Assembly: GCA_031411295.1 (NCBI GenBank)
Contig: JANOAV010000072.1
Coordinates: forward strand, 1-64,000
From: Verrucomicrobiales bacterium
GTDB lineage: Bacteria; Verrucomicrobiota; Verrucomicrobiia; Verrucomicrobiales; V1-33
Length of the DNA stretch: 64,000 nucleotides
Reading direction: 5' to 3'
Shown here: positions 18,778 through 28,300 of the stretch, in pieces
Numbering within the stretch: the stretch's first letter is position 1
How the letters are laid out: every line of letters begins with the position of its first letter
Notes under the pieces: generated by a model
What the model saw: the letters and a program-made list of their open reading frames with translations, nothing else
What the model was told of the DNA's origin: nothing
The model's database searches: none
Translations under genes and position numbers: made by a program

Positions 18778-20604
18778 CTAATCCCACAGTCTGCGTTTGC
18801 AGAAGGAGTAGGCCGCAATCAAACCCACCGCCACGTGCACTAGCAAAATGATGGTGGCGGTATCCACCGCCGGGAATGGAAAGGTGGGGGAGGCGTCGGT
18901 GATTCCCAGGAACGGCTTGGTGCTGGACATGGACTGCATTTGCCCGGACCAACTCCAATAAGAGGAAATGAGCGGTTGGCTCACTGGCTCCAGCCAGCCG
19001 GGCATCTTCAAGACTGCCCCGCTCAACGGAAGCTGAAAGCCGACCAAATAAATACTGAGCAAGGAGGCCTGATCCGCCGACTTCATAGCCGCAGAAATGC
19101 CCAGGCAGACAAACGTCATGGCCGCATTCACCAGCACCAGCAACGTTAATCGCTGCGTGAGGTCACCCGGCAGGTCGCAGAACATATGGACGAAGATGCC
19201 CATCCAGAGCGATTGCGCTAACACGAGAAATGAAAGAAACGCCACCTTGCTCAACAAGTAACTAAACGGACGCACCCCACCCAACCGTTCCTTCTCATAG
19301 ATCAGACGCTCGCCCGCAATTTCCCGGGCCGCATTGTTGGAGCCCATGAGCGTTAGGAGCACCACTTGAAACATCACCAAGCCCGAGATCAGCGCGCCAA
19401 TTTTGGTCTGCCGCGTCACGATGTCCGCAATCGCCTTCGGTTTCTCAAAGTCACTCAGCGCTGGATCCACCGTGCGATCCGGGAAGGCCTCGATGCCATG
19501 GGGGGCAAAGATCACCACTAGCAGCGGGAACACAATCATCAGTGCCAGTTGCAGCAGGATCTGCGTGCGATCCCGGAAGAATAATTTCCACCGCCGTCCC
19601 AGCAGCACGAAGAATTGTTTTAAGAATCCGGGGAGTTCCGTCTCTTCATGCTTCTCCGCTTGCTGCGTTGGCGTCGATGCCACCGCTAGTTCTGCTGGCT
19701 CTGCTGACTTTTCCTCGTCGGTTGTCGCAGTGGCCGCAGTGGACTCGGTTGGCAGAGGCTTCGGCCTTTCGGCCAAGAGTTTGCCTTCAGTGCGTTTGGC
19801 CTGGCGTCTTTCGATGATGGAGTAGTAGTTCGCGCGATGCTTGGCCCAGCTTTCATGCCAACTCATGGATTGCCGCAGGGCCAACTGCGGGTAAACATCC
19901 TCGGCACTCGCCACGCTGAAGTAATGCGCCAGCGCATCGGGCGGACCATGGAATACCGTCTTCCCCTCGTGCAACACTAGCACGGAATCATACAGCTCCA
20001 GATTTGCCAAACTATGCGTGATGTTAATCACCATGCGGCCACCCTTGAGCGAGAGTTGGTGCATGAGATTCACAATGTCTCGCTCGCTCTGCGGATCCAA
20101 GCCGCTGGTGACTTCATCACAGAGCAGGAGTTGCGGATTGGTCACCAGTTCCATCGCCAGACCCAAGCGACGTTTCTGTCCTCCGGACAGGACGCTAACT
20201 CGCTTCTCCCGCATCGACTCCATCCCCGTCTGGGCAATGACACTGTCTGCCCGATCGTAAAGTTCATCATCATCATCCGTTACCACGCGCAAGCGCAGGG
20301 CATTTTCCACGCATTCCTCAACTGTCAGGTGGTCGTAGGCGATGGAGAACTGCGGCACATAGCCTAATTGATTCGGGGTCATTTCTCCATCCTCCGCCAA
20401 GTTCTCTCCCTGCCACCAGACCTCCCCTTCAGTTTCCAGCAACAACCCCGTAACGATCTTCATCAACGTCGTCTTACCGCAGCCCGACGGCCCCACCACG
20501 GCCATAAAGTGACCTTCCGGCACCTTCAGGGAAATTTTATGCAACAAATCAAGGTCCTCGCCATCTTTCTCAATGGTGTAAGTAATATCGCGGAGTTCCA
20601 GCAT
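18778..20604 (-). CDS. ABC transporter, fused ATPase + ABC-2 permease (ABCG-like)
   Basis: GPSGCGKT, LSGGQKRR, LLCDEVTSGLD, then about 6 TM segments with IYEKER. Confidence 0.9.
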   Translation of the reverse strand: MLELRDITYTIEKDGEDLDLLHKISLKVPEGHFMAVVGPSGCGKTTLMKIVTGLLLETEGEVWWQGENLAEDGEMTPNQLGYVPQFSIAYDHLTVEECVENALRLRVVTDDDDELYDRADSVIAQTGMESMREKRVSVLSGGQKRRLGLAMELVTNPQLLLCDEVTSGLDPQSERDIVNLMHQLSLKGGRMVINITHSLANLELYDSVLVLHEGKTVFHGPPDALAHYFSVASAEDVYPQLALRQSMSWHESWAKHRANYYSIIERRQAKRTEGKLLAERPKPLPTESTAATATTDEEKSAEPAELAVASTPTQQAEKHEETELPGFLKQFFVLLGRRWKLFFRDRTQILLQLALMIVFPLLVVIFAPHGIEAFPDRTVDPALSDFEKPKAIADIVTRQTKIGALISGLVMFQVVLLTLMGSNNAAREIAGERLIYEKERLGGVRPFSYLLSKVAFLSFLVLAQSLWMGIFVHMFCDLPGDLTQRLTLLVLVNAAMTFVCLGISAAMKSADQASLLSIYLVGFQLPLSGAVLKMPGWLEPVSQPLISSYWSWSGQMQSMSSTKPFLGITDASPTFPFPAVDTATIILLVHVAVGLIAAYSFCKRRLWD

Positions 20605-20911
20605 AGGTAAGACGGAGGGTAAGGGGTGGAGCAATAAATTGCAGTCGTGCTAGTTGGAATGGAGCGAGCACAACCACAGCGCAGCCCCATTGTGAAGCAA
20701 AATTTCATTTCGGCTACCGGGAATCTCATGCTGCGGAGAATTCCGCCCATCCGCGTTTTCGCACCTCCAGCGCACCATTCTGTCCCCTGAAGGTGCTGGG
20801 ACAAGAATATTTCAAAATGTGGGAAACTTTCCGCACCGGTTCTTTCTGAATGGATTGGAACCTGGCAGCGCTGTTGCCGCTCAGGTCCGGAAACCACAAC
20901 CCCAAAACTCC

Positions 20912-22297
20912 ATGAGACAATCGCTCCTACCACTCCTGATCGGCCTCTGCGCCACCAGCCTCACCCCATGTGTCGCCCAAAATCGGAACACCGTGCCCTT
21001 ATTTACCGTGCCCTTAGGCGCGGAAGTGACCGAGTTATGCGCCTCCGGTGATTACGCTTACGTTGCCCGTGGCTCTGCGGGAGTTGCCGTGGTGAAAATT
21101 TCCGGTCCGGGTTCCCCGGCGCAAGTGGGCACCATTCGCCCTTACCCAGGATCCGCCAATATTTGTATCTCTGACGTTCAGGTGCTGGGAAACATCCTCT
21201 ATATCGGCAACGAAGTGCCCAATGGCAGCCCGACTCCACACACCGGCTTGTTTATGTTCGATCTCAGCACGGATCCCATCAATCCTCCGCCCGTGGGCAC
21301 CATTTCCTGGGGGGAGTTCGCTATGTCTTACGTGGGAGCCAGCGCGCATGCCATCTGCGTGAATCAAGCGGCCGGCCGCACTTACGCTTACATTGCCTCC
21401 AGCATCAGTAATGTGGCCGAAGTGTTCGACGTCACGAATCCCGCCGCGCCTGAATTCAAAGCCGATCTCATGCCGCAGCTTAGCTCGGGCATCGTGCCTG
21501 GCACGGTGCATGACGTGGCCGTTAAAAATGGGAAATCGGTCACCACTTACGCCACGGGAGGATTCACGATCCATGATGTTAGCGACATTGCCAACAGTGG
21601 GATCAATTGGCAGACGGAAACACTGGTGAACACCACCGTGCGTCTGAACACCACGAAATACACTAACGCCCTGACTTACCATGCAGCCTTCTCGGACGAT
21701 GGTAATACGGTGATTACCGTGGACGGACGTTACTACAACGGCTGCCGCACTTGGAATCTGGCCAGCATCACCACGCCGAACGTTCCCTTGGTTCACACCG
21801 CGCTCTACACCAGCGCCACCACCGCTTTCATGCACAATATCCATGTCGATGGGAAATACATTTACCTCTCCAACTTCATGGACGGTTGCCGCATTTTGGA
21901 ACTGCAACCCACCGGTGATTTGACTGACATGGGTCGCTACGACACCACACCCACCACCGCTGGAACTAGTTCCCAAGGGGTCTGGGGCGTCTTCGTGGCA
22001 GGCGATAAAGTCTTGCTAGGTGACACCATGCTCGGACTCGTGGCGATTGATTTCCGCGATACCATCGTAATTCCGCAAGCCGATTGGAAACAAAGCACAC
22101 GCACGCTCACGGTGCAGTGCAGCAGCACCGCAGCACCCAGCGTGGATCTCAGCATTGCTGGCTTCGGTCCCATGACGTGGAATTCCAATACCGGAAAATA
22201 CCAACTCGTCCTGAGCGGAGTGAACTCCAATCCGAACAACATTACCGTGACCTCCAGCATCGGCGGCAGCCAAACCTCCACTGTGCGGCGGAGGTAG
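20912..22297 (+). CDS. Secreted LVIVD-repeat beta-propeller protein
   Basis: Signal peptide MRQSLLPLLIG; repeats GDYAYVA, GNILYIG, FDVTNPAAP, HNIHVDGKYIYLSNF, GLVAID. Confidence 0.8.
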   Translation: MRQSLLPLLIGLCATSLTPCVAQNRNTVPLFTVPLGAEVTELCASGDYAYVARGSAGVAVVKISGPGSPAQVGTIRPYPGSANICISDVQVLGNILYIGNEVPNGSPTPHTGLFMFDLSTDPINPPPVGTISWGEFAMSYVGASAHAICVNQAAGRTYAYIASSISNVAEVFDVTNPAAPEFKADLMPQLSSGIVPGTVHDVAVKNGKSVTTYATGGFTIHDVSDIANSGINWQTETLVNTTVRLNTTKYTNALTYHAAFSDDGNTVITVDGRYYNGCRTWNLASITTPNVPLVHTALYTSATTAFMHNIHVDGKYIYLSNFMDGCRILELQPTGDLTDMGRYDTTPTTAGTSSQGVWGVFVAGDKVLLGDTMLGLVAIDFRDTIVIPQADWKQSTRTLTVQCSSTAAPSVDLSIAGFGPMTWNSNTGKYQLVLSGVNSNPNNITVTSSIGGSQTSTVRRR

Positions 22298-22301
22298 ATC
22301 A

Positions 22302-22366
22302 TGTGCAAGGTGATAGGTGTCCTGTGCAAGGTGATAGGTGTCCTGTGCTGCTGCCATGACACCTAT
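22302..22366. repeat. 21-bp direct repeat x2 plus inverted partial copy
   Basis: tgtgcaaggtgataggtgtcc at 22302 and 22323; gacacctat at 22358 is the reverse complement of the core ataggtgtc. Confidence 0.8.
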
Positions 22367-22373
22367 TAGTTCC

Positions 22374-22405
22374 AAAAGGCCGCCTGGTTTCCCCGGCGGC
22401 CTTTT
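22374..22405. terminator. Bidirectional intrinsic terminator between convergent genes
   Basis: aaaaggccgcc-tggtttcccc-ggcggcctttt. Confidence 0.8.
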
Positions 22406-22545
22406 CGTGGCCTAAGGTAGTCCACCGGAACCGCCGCGCGTCCAATGATCCCGACCGCGCATCAGTCTGCGTGGTGTCTGCGGCCACTATGGAGTGGGCG
22501 ACGACTTCATCGCCAGGGCGGCAGCGAGCGTGGCGATCCCGCTGC

Positions 22546-23565
22546 TTACGAACACTGCATCTGCCTAGCCACAGGCCAGCCGGGGCAGGCTCTACAGACG
22601 CCGACATAGATATCACCAGCATCGCCAAACATCATGCCATGATCGTCCCCACCATTACCCAGTGCTTCTGCCTTGGCTCGGGAGAGCGGATCCGGTTTCC
22701 AGCGATGGTAGTCGCCACCATCCCATTCCCAACTGGCCAACGTGATGAGGAGTTCTGTCGGCTGATTGCATTTGGGACAGTTGATCGGTTCAGGGTCCTG
22801 GACCCAATGGAAATGGCCGCCAATCTTCGTGCCTGGTGCACAACCGAGGAACCAACCATAGGCAGTGAGATTGACATCTTCGTCCTCCTCACCCTTCATC
22901 TCCTTCAGCCATTGTGGAAATTTCGGGCGCAAGGTGGAATCCAACCCAATCTCGGTAGTCAACGCTTCTGACAACGCCCACCGATCGGGATACTCGATCA
23001 CTGGCTCGGGATGGAACTCGCATTCGACGGGTTCATAGCTGGCCGTCGGCGGCTTGTTGGGTGGATTCGCAGGATGCTGAGCAACGGTCTCCAGCGTTGA
23101 GGACCACTTCGCGACTACGGCTGGGCAGTAGGCACCATCGTCATGATCGAAGGGGCACAAAAACAGTTGGAAGAGATCCTTTTGATCCGGCCACGGCATC
23201 TCTGGGAACTCTTGCTTCGTCAGTTGGACACAGCCAATATAAAAAGTATCATGCTCGGCACAGTTCGGCCAGTGCTCAGGTCCATTGGCGAGAAATACAC
23301 CGCCGATCTTGGACGCACCAACAGGCAGTCCCAGATGTTTACGTGGATGGAGCCGCAGGGCTGCGCTCTGCAGCGGCAACAACTGCGGATGTTTCGCAAC
23401 CACATCACAGTGAGGCGGCGGGGTCACGAATTTTCCTGGGGGTCGCGTGCTGACGATGGTCAAGGCTTTGGGTAGATTTTTGAACTTCATGGTCTTGGGA
23501 TTGATGGACGTGGGACCACAGGCGGGAAGCGCTACGGCCGACAGTAAAAAGGCACGACGATTCAT
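22546..23565 (-). CDS. YwqG/DUF1963-like protein with Tat-type lipoprotein signal
   Basis: MNRRAFLL...LPAC; SKIGG, LFQLFLC, GTKIGGHFHWVQ, CPKC, FGDAG motifs. Confidence 0.7.
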   Translation of the reverse strand: MNRRAFLLSAVALPACGPTSINPKTMKFKNLPKALTIVSTRPPGKFVTPPPHCDVVAKHPQLLPLQSAALRLHPRKHLGLPVGASKIGGVFLANGPEHWPNCAEHDTFYIGCVQLTKQEFPEMPWPDQKDLFQLFLCPFDHDDGAYCPAVVAKWSSTLETVAQHPANPPNKPPTASYEPVECEFHPEPVIEYPDRWALSEALTTEIGLDSTLRPKFPQWLKEMKGEEDEDVNLTAYGWFLGCAPGTKIGGHFHWVQDPEPINCPKCNQPTELLITLASWEWDGGDYHRWKPDPLSRAKAEALGNGGDDHGMMFGDAGDIYVGVCRACPGWPVARQMQCS

Positions 23566-23620
23566 TGCGATCTGAGTTTATGATGTTTTAGCTTCAACTC
23601 GCTCCGAGAACAAAGCACGA

Positions 23621-25252
23621 CTAACCCTTCGCCTGCTTTTGCTCGTGCTCCCGGCACCACCCTTTGATCTGCAATTCGTTGAAGATCTTGCCGACGATGC
23701 GACGGAGCAGTCCTTTGAGATTCGGATTTTCAATATCCTGCAAACTACGCACGGCCTGCTCCTTGTAGCGTTCCAGCAGCATGAGGCAGTTCTCGGCGGC
23801 CTTGGTTAAGTCGCCAGTGAAACGTTCGCGCGCGGTGGCTTCGATGATGTTGGGGCGCAGCGGCGTTTCCGCACCTGCTTGGTTGTCCTCGGCTTGATCG
23901 TCAAGGTCATCGCGAATCTGATAGGCGATGCCCAGCGCTTCGCTAAATCCTGCCAGCGTCTCCTCCAATTCATCGAATCTCCCGGCAAAGCACGCGCCAA
24001 TATGCAGCGCCACGGAGAACGCTGGCGAGGTTTTGCGACGGAAAATTTCCAGCACTTGGGATGGAGCCAGCGGCTGCGGATCGTTATTCCAAGCCAGTTC
24101 CATGCCCTGACCGCGGCACAACTCACGCTGGCCTTCGGCGGCTATCTTCATCATTGTGGCCTTGTGTTGCGCAGGGAGATTCGTTTCTGCTATCAAACGA
24201 TAGCCTTCGCCAATCAAGAGATCGCCCACATTCAATGCTACCGCCACGCCATGTTCCGTGTGCAGGGCCGCCTCGCCATAACGTTGCGCATCGTTGTCCT
24301 CAATGTCATCATGAATCAAGGAAGCCTTGTGGAAACACTCCACGGCAATGGCCAGCTTCTTGATGTCATCACTCAACGGAGCCTCGGCATTGGTGCGCAG
24401 GGCTTGGCTGGTGGCGGTAGTTAGGAACGGACGCCAGCGTTTCCCGGCCCGGCCCAGCCAATCGCGCGCCAGTAAATCTGCATGGCCATCTGCGGGTCCC
24501 ATCAGTGCGGTTAAATTTTCTTCTGTGAACCATCCGCGCACTTCATCATGCAGCGCGTTGAGGTTCAGGCGACGTGTCTTGTCCTCGCTGGTTAGGTGAA
24601 TGTAATCCCAGACCCAATCGATATCCACCGTGGTATCAATGCAGTCATCCTGCAGCAGTGGCACGGCCACGGCGGGAATGGCCGCAGCTTCCACGTAAGG
24701 GAACGTGCGCTCCAGCACGGGCAGACAGGAAATGCCAACAATGGCTTCGATCTTGCCGGTCTGAATCAGACTCATCACAATGGCGCTGCCTTCCGCTACC
24801 AGCACTGCATAGCCTAACCGCTCCGCTTCGTTTTGGAAATCCTGAATCGAGCACAGACCGCACTGTTTACAGAGCAGGCCGAACTCATCGAACGGAGCGG
24901 GGCATTTGCTCTCCACGCGGAGGCACTTGGGCATCAGCAGCAGGCGCTTTTCGAAGGGAATCGTGGCCAGGGTTTCGCGCCAGAGTTCGTTGGAGAAAAT
25001 GACGCCCGTATAGTCCGTCATGATCGGATCCAATCCCATCTCGGAAACAATGCGCTCGGCATGGCTGCGCAGTTCCTCCGTGGCCAAAGGCGGCACCGGC
25101 TGCTCCCGGTCCACGTAGGCCCGGATGAATGCCAACAGGGCATCCCGCTCCGGCTTGGTTTGCGGAATATTCTGTTTCGGCTTACGGAATCGACGAACCG
25201 TTAGCGGAATGGGAGGCGGGAGTTTGGCGGAGAGGATTCCAGAGATGGACAT
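23621..25252 (-). CDS. DUF116-like Cys-rich domain fused to polyprenyl synthetase
   Basis: LLMPKCLR..CPA...CKQCGLC, VGISC; then GKRWRP, HKASLIHDDIED, GQ, KT, YQIRDD. Confidence 0.85.
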   Translation of the reverse strand: MSISGILSAKLPPPIPLTVRRFRKPKQNIPQTKPERDALLAFIRAYVDREQPVPPLATEELRSHAERIVSEMGLDPIMTDYTGVIFSNELWRETLATIPFEKRLLLMPKCLRVESKCPAPFDEFGLLCKQCGLCSIQDFQNEAERLGYAVLVAEGSAIVMSLIQTGKIEAIVGISCLPVLERTFPYVEAAAIPAVAVPLLQDDCIDTTVDIDWVWDYIHLTSEDKTRRLNLNALHDEVRGWFTEENLTALMGPADGHADLLARDWLGRAGKRWRPFLTTATSQALRTNAEAPLSDDIKKLAIAVECFHKASLIHDDIEDNDAQRYGEAALHTEHGVAVALNVGDLLIGEGYRLIAETNLPAQHKATMMKIAAEGQRELCRGQGMELAWNNDPQPLAPSQVLEIFRRKTSPAFSVALHIGACFAGRFDELEETLAGFSEALGIAYQIRDDLDDQAEDNQAGAETPLRPNIIEATARERFTGDLTKAAENCLMLLERYKEQAVRSLQDIENPNLKGLLRRIVGKIFNELQIKGWCREHEQKQAKG

Positions 25253-25337
25253 GCGCCCATTGTTCAAGCCTGCCGCGCTCCGGTCAAGCGGCTTCCCTCC
25301 GCCTCTGCGGAAGTGGCAAAGGAAGTTGGACGAGTTC

Positions 25338-28300
25338 CTAGGTTTGGAAATAAGCTGGTGGCAGCAGTGGCTCGTTGTCTCCCAGACGGAGGTCTGGGAA
25401 GACTTCGTCCAGTTCTCCCAGTTCATAACGGCAGTAGCCCGCCGTGTGCCAGAGGTATTTCCTCATGTCACCCACCACGCGGTAGCGGCCATCGGGGCGC
25501 AATGCCGCGTAGCCATCCTCATTCGCTAGCAGAATTCCGAGGCACTCACCGGTGTGAGGATTCCATAAGCGGATCGTGCCATCTTCACTGGAGGAAATAA
25601 GCAATTCCGGTCCACCCACCTGCCCTTTCCAGAAACGCACGCTGGTCACAGCTCCAGCGTGGCTGATTCCTGCTCCAGCCACGATCTCCAACACGCGAAG
25701 TAACTTGCCTGAGGCAGGATTCCAGAGCCTGACGGACTTGTCTAAGGAGGCGGAGGCGAGCAAGCTGCCATCGTTGGAGAAGGCGACGCTGAGCACAGAA
25801 TTGGTGTGTCCGAGCAGAGGGGAGCCGACGGGTTGTCCCGAGAGGGGATTCCAGAGCCTGACGGACTTGTCGGCGGAGGCGGAGGCGAGCAAGCGGCCAT
25901 CGTTGGAGAAGGCGACGCTGAGCACATAAATGGTGTGTCCGAGCAGAGGGGAGCCGACGGGTTTTCCTGAGAGGGGATTCCAGAGCCTGACGGACTTGTC
26001 TAAGGAGGCGGAGGCGAGCAAGCTGCCATCGTTGGAGAAGGCGACGCTGCGCACAGAACCGGTGTGTCCGAGCAGAGGGGAGCCGACGTGTTGTCCCGAG
26101 AGGGGATTCCAGAGCCTGACGGAATTGTCGTCGGAGGCGGAGGCGAGCAAGCTGCCATCGTGGGAGAAGGCGACGCTGCGCACCCAATCGGAGTGTCCGA
26201 GCAGAGGGGAGCCGACGGGTTTTCCCGAAAGGGGATTCCAGAGCCTGACGGACTTGTCGGCGGAGGCGGAGGCGAGCAAGCGGCCATCGTTGGCGAAGGC
26301 GACGCTGAGCACCAAATTGGAGTGTCCGAGCAGAGGGGAGCCGACGGGTTGTCCTGAGAGGGGATTCCAGAGCCTGACGGACATGTCGTAGGAGGCGGAG
26401 GCGAGCAAGCTGCCATCGTGGGAGAAGGCAACGCTGCGCACAGAATCGGTGTGTCCGAGCAGAGGGGAGCCGACGTGTTGTCCGGAGAGGGGATTCCAGA
26501 GCCTGACGGAATTGTCGTAGGAGGCGGAGGAGAGCAAGCTGCCATCGTTGGAGAAGGCGACGCTATTCACAGAATTGGAGTGTCCGCGCAGAGGGGAGCC
26601 GACGGGTTGTCCGGAGAGGGGATTCCAGAGCCTGACGGACTTGTCGGCGGAGGCGGAGGCGAGCAAGCTGCCATCGTTGGAGAAGGCGACACTGCGCACA
26701 GTATTGGTGTGTCCGAGCAAAACTTGCAAGCAGGTTCCCGTTTCAGCGTCCCAGAGAGTGACGCAGCCGTTTTCCTGCCCAATCGCAAGAATGTTCAACA
26801 CGGGACTCCAAGCCACGCTGCAAGCAGAAGCGGCTTGAGGAAGCAGGGTGGGTAGGTGGGGCAGACGTGGTAAACTAGCCCCCACCGCCGGCAGTCCCGT
26901 CAGCAGAGGATCGTCCAACGTAGCCCCCGCCAACCGAGCCATGTCCCAGATGCTCCCCTCCATTTGCGCCCCGCGCAAATCCGCACCAATCAAAGTCGCC
27001 CGCGTGAAGTTGGCTCGTGTGAGATTGGCGTCACGGAGGTCTGCCCCCGTGAGATTGGCGCGTGTAAAATCTGCGTCGGTGAGGTTGGCTGCTCGTAAGC
27101 TAACCTTGACCAAACTCGCCTCAAAAAATCGCGTGCCAGTCAGATTAGCATGAGCAAAGTCTAACTTATCGAGGTTATTTCCACTGAAATCGTGCTTTAT
27201 CAATGAAATGAGCGGGCGCAGATAAGTTCCCTCTTGGGGAGATTCGGTTTCAGTTTTCCGCACTCCGATCCTTGCATTAATCAAAAGTCCGTTGGTTTTC
27301 AGGGTCTGCTGAGATCCTGCGCTCAATGCCCGCTGGACCAAATGTCTAGCACGTAGTAAATGCTCTTTTTCAAGCGGAGGCAATGATGATAGTTCGTCTT
27401 GATCCCAGTCGGTTAGAAAAGCACCGTCTCGCCAGAGCGTGCATGCTTCATTGCCTGCCGCATCCAGAAGAAACTCGGTGCAGAGCGGTGTAAGCAAGCT
27501 TACTCCAAGCAGCGTGTCATCATACCGAGATTGACTGACAAATGGGCTCGCATAGCGCAGCCAACTGCCAGCTTCCCCTGCAGCCCGGGCGGCTGCCAGA
27601 ACGCCTTCCGGATTCCAGGCTAGCGCAATATGTCTGGCGACGAACCACTCCAAAATACTCTGATGAGCAAAAGTAAACCTGCCATCGCCATCCCTACTAA
27701 AGACCGTGCCTGAGGCGATCCCTTTGGCTTCCTCCTTGGGGCTCAATAGCCCAAACTTCGCCCCCGGATGGGCGGAGGGCAAGCCTGCGAGCAATTCCGT
27801 TACGATAGATTCCAAATCTGCCTCAAAAATCACGCGATCCGTGCGTTTCCATGCGATGAGCGCTAAGCGATCCAAGGCACGCCACCAAAAATCCAACCGC
27901 TCTCCATCTGTCAGCCGCTTATCAGGCAGGCGGACGAGTTCATTGTCCAACCATTGATCAAGAATGATCTGATAGAGAACTCCGGCCGTAATGTGCAGTT
28001 TCTCCTTCCCAGATTCTCGCTGTGCTTGGGCAGCGGCAACCAACCTGGAGTCATCAAGCTGGGCAATGAAAGACAACATCCGTGGGTTCTCGCTCAGACC
28101 GAGCAGATCTTGAATGCTTTTGAGTTGTTCAAACCTGTGTTGGGCTCTTGTGGCGGTTTGCTGCGGCGGATCCCCCAATTGAGCCATTTTAAAGGTTAGG
28201 AACTGGAGGATCTGGGCTTCAGAAAACTTCTCCAATCGCAGGCGTTGAAAGCCGGGAAGTTTCACCAACTCCCGCGTCATCTGTTCATCCGAGAAAAAGT

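Noticed and set aside
22302..22348. Mini-CRISPR
   Set aside because: Two abutting 21-bp copies with no spacer.
25718..26719. CRISPR array or DGR explanation for the 129-bp repeats
   Set aside because: Units are contiguous in-frame coding repeats without unique spacers; no cas or RT genes are present.
25576..26855. Repetitive alternative-frame and antisense ORFs over the WD40 array
   Set aside because: They are by-products of a stop-free 129-bp repeat, with no independent evidence of coding.
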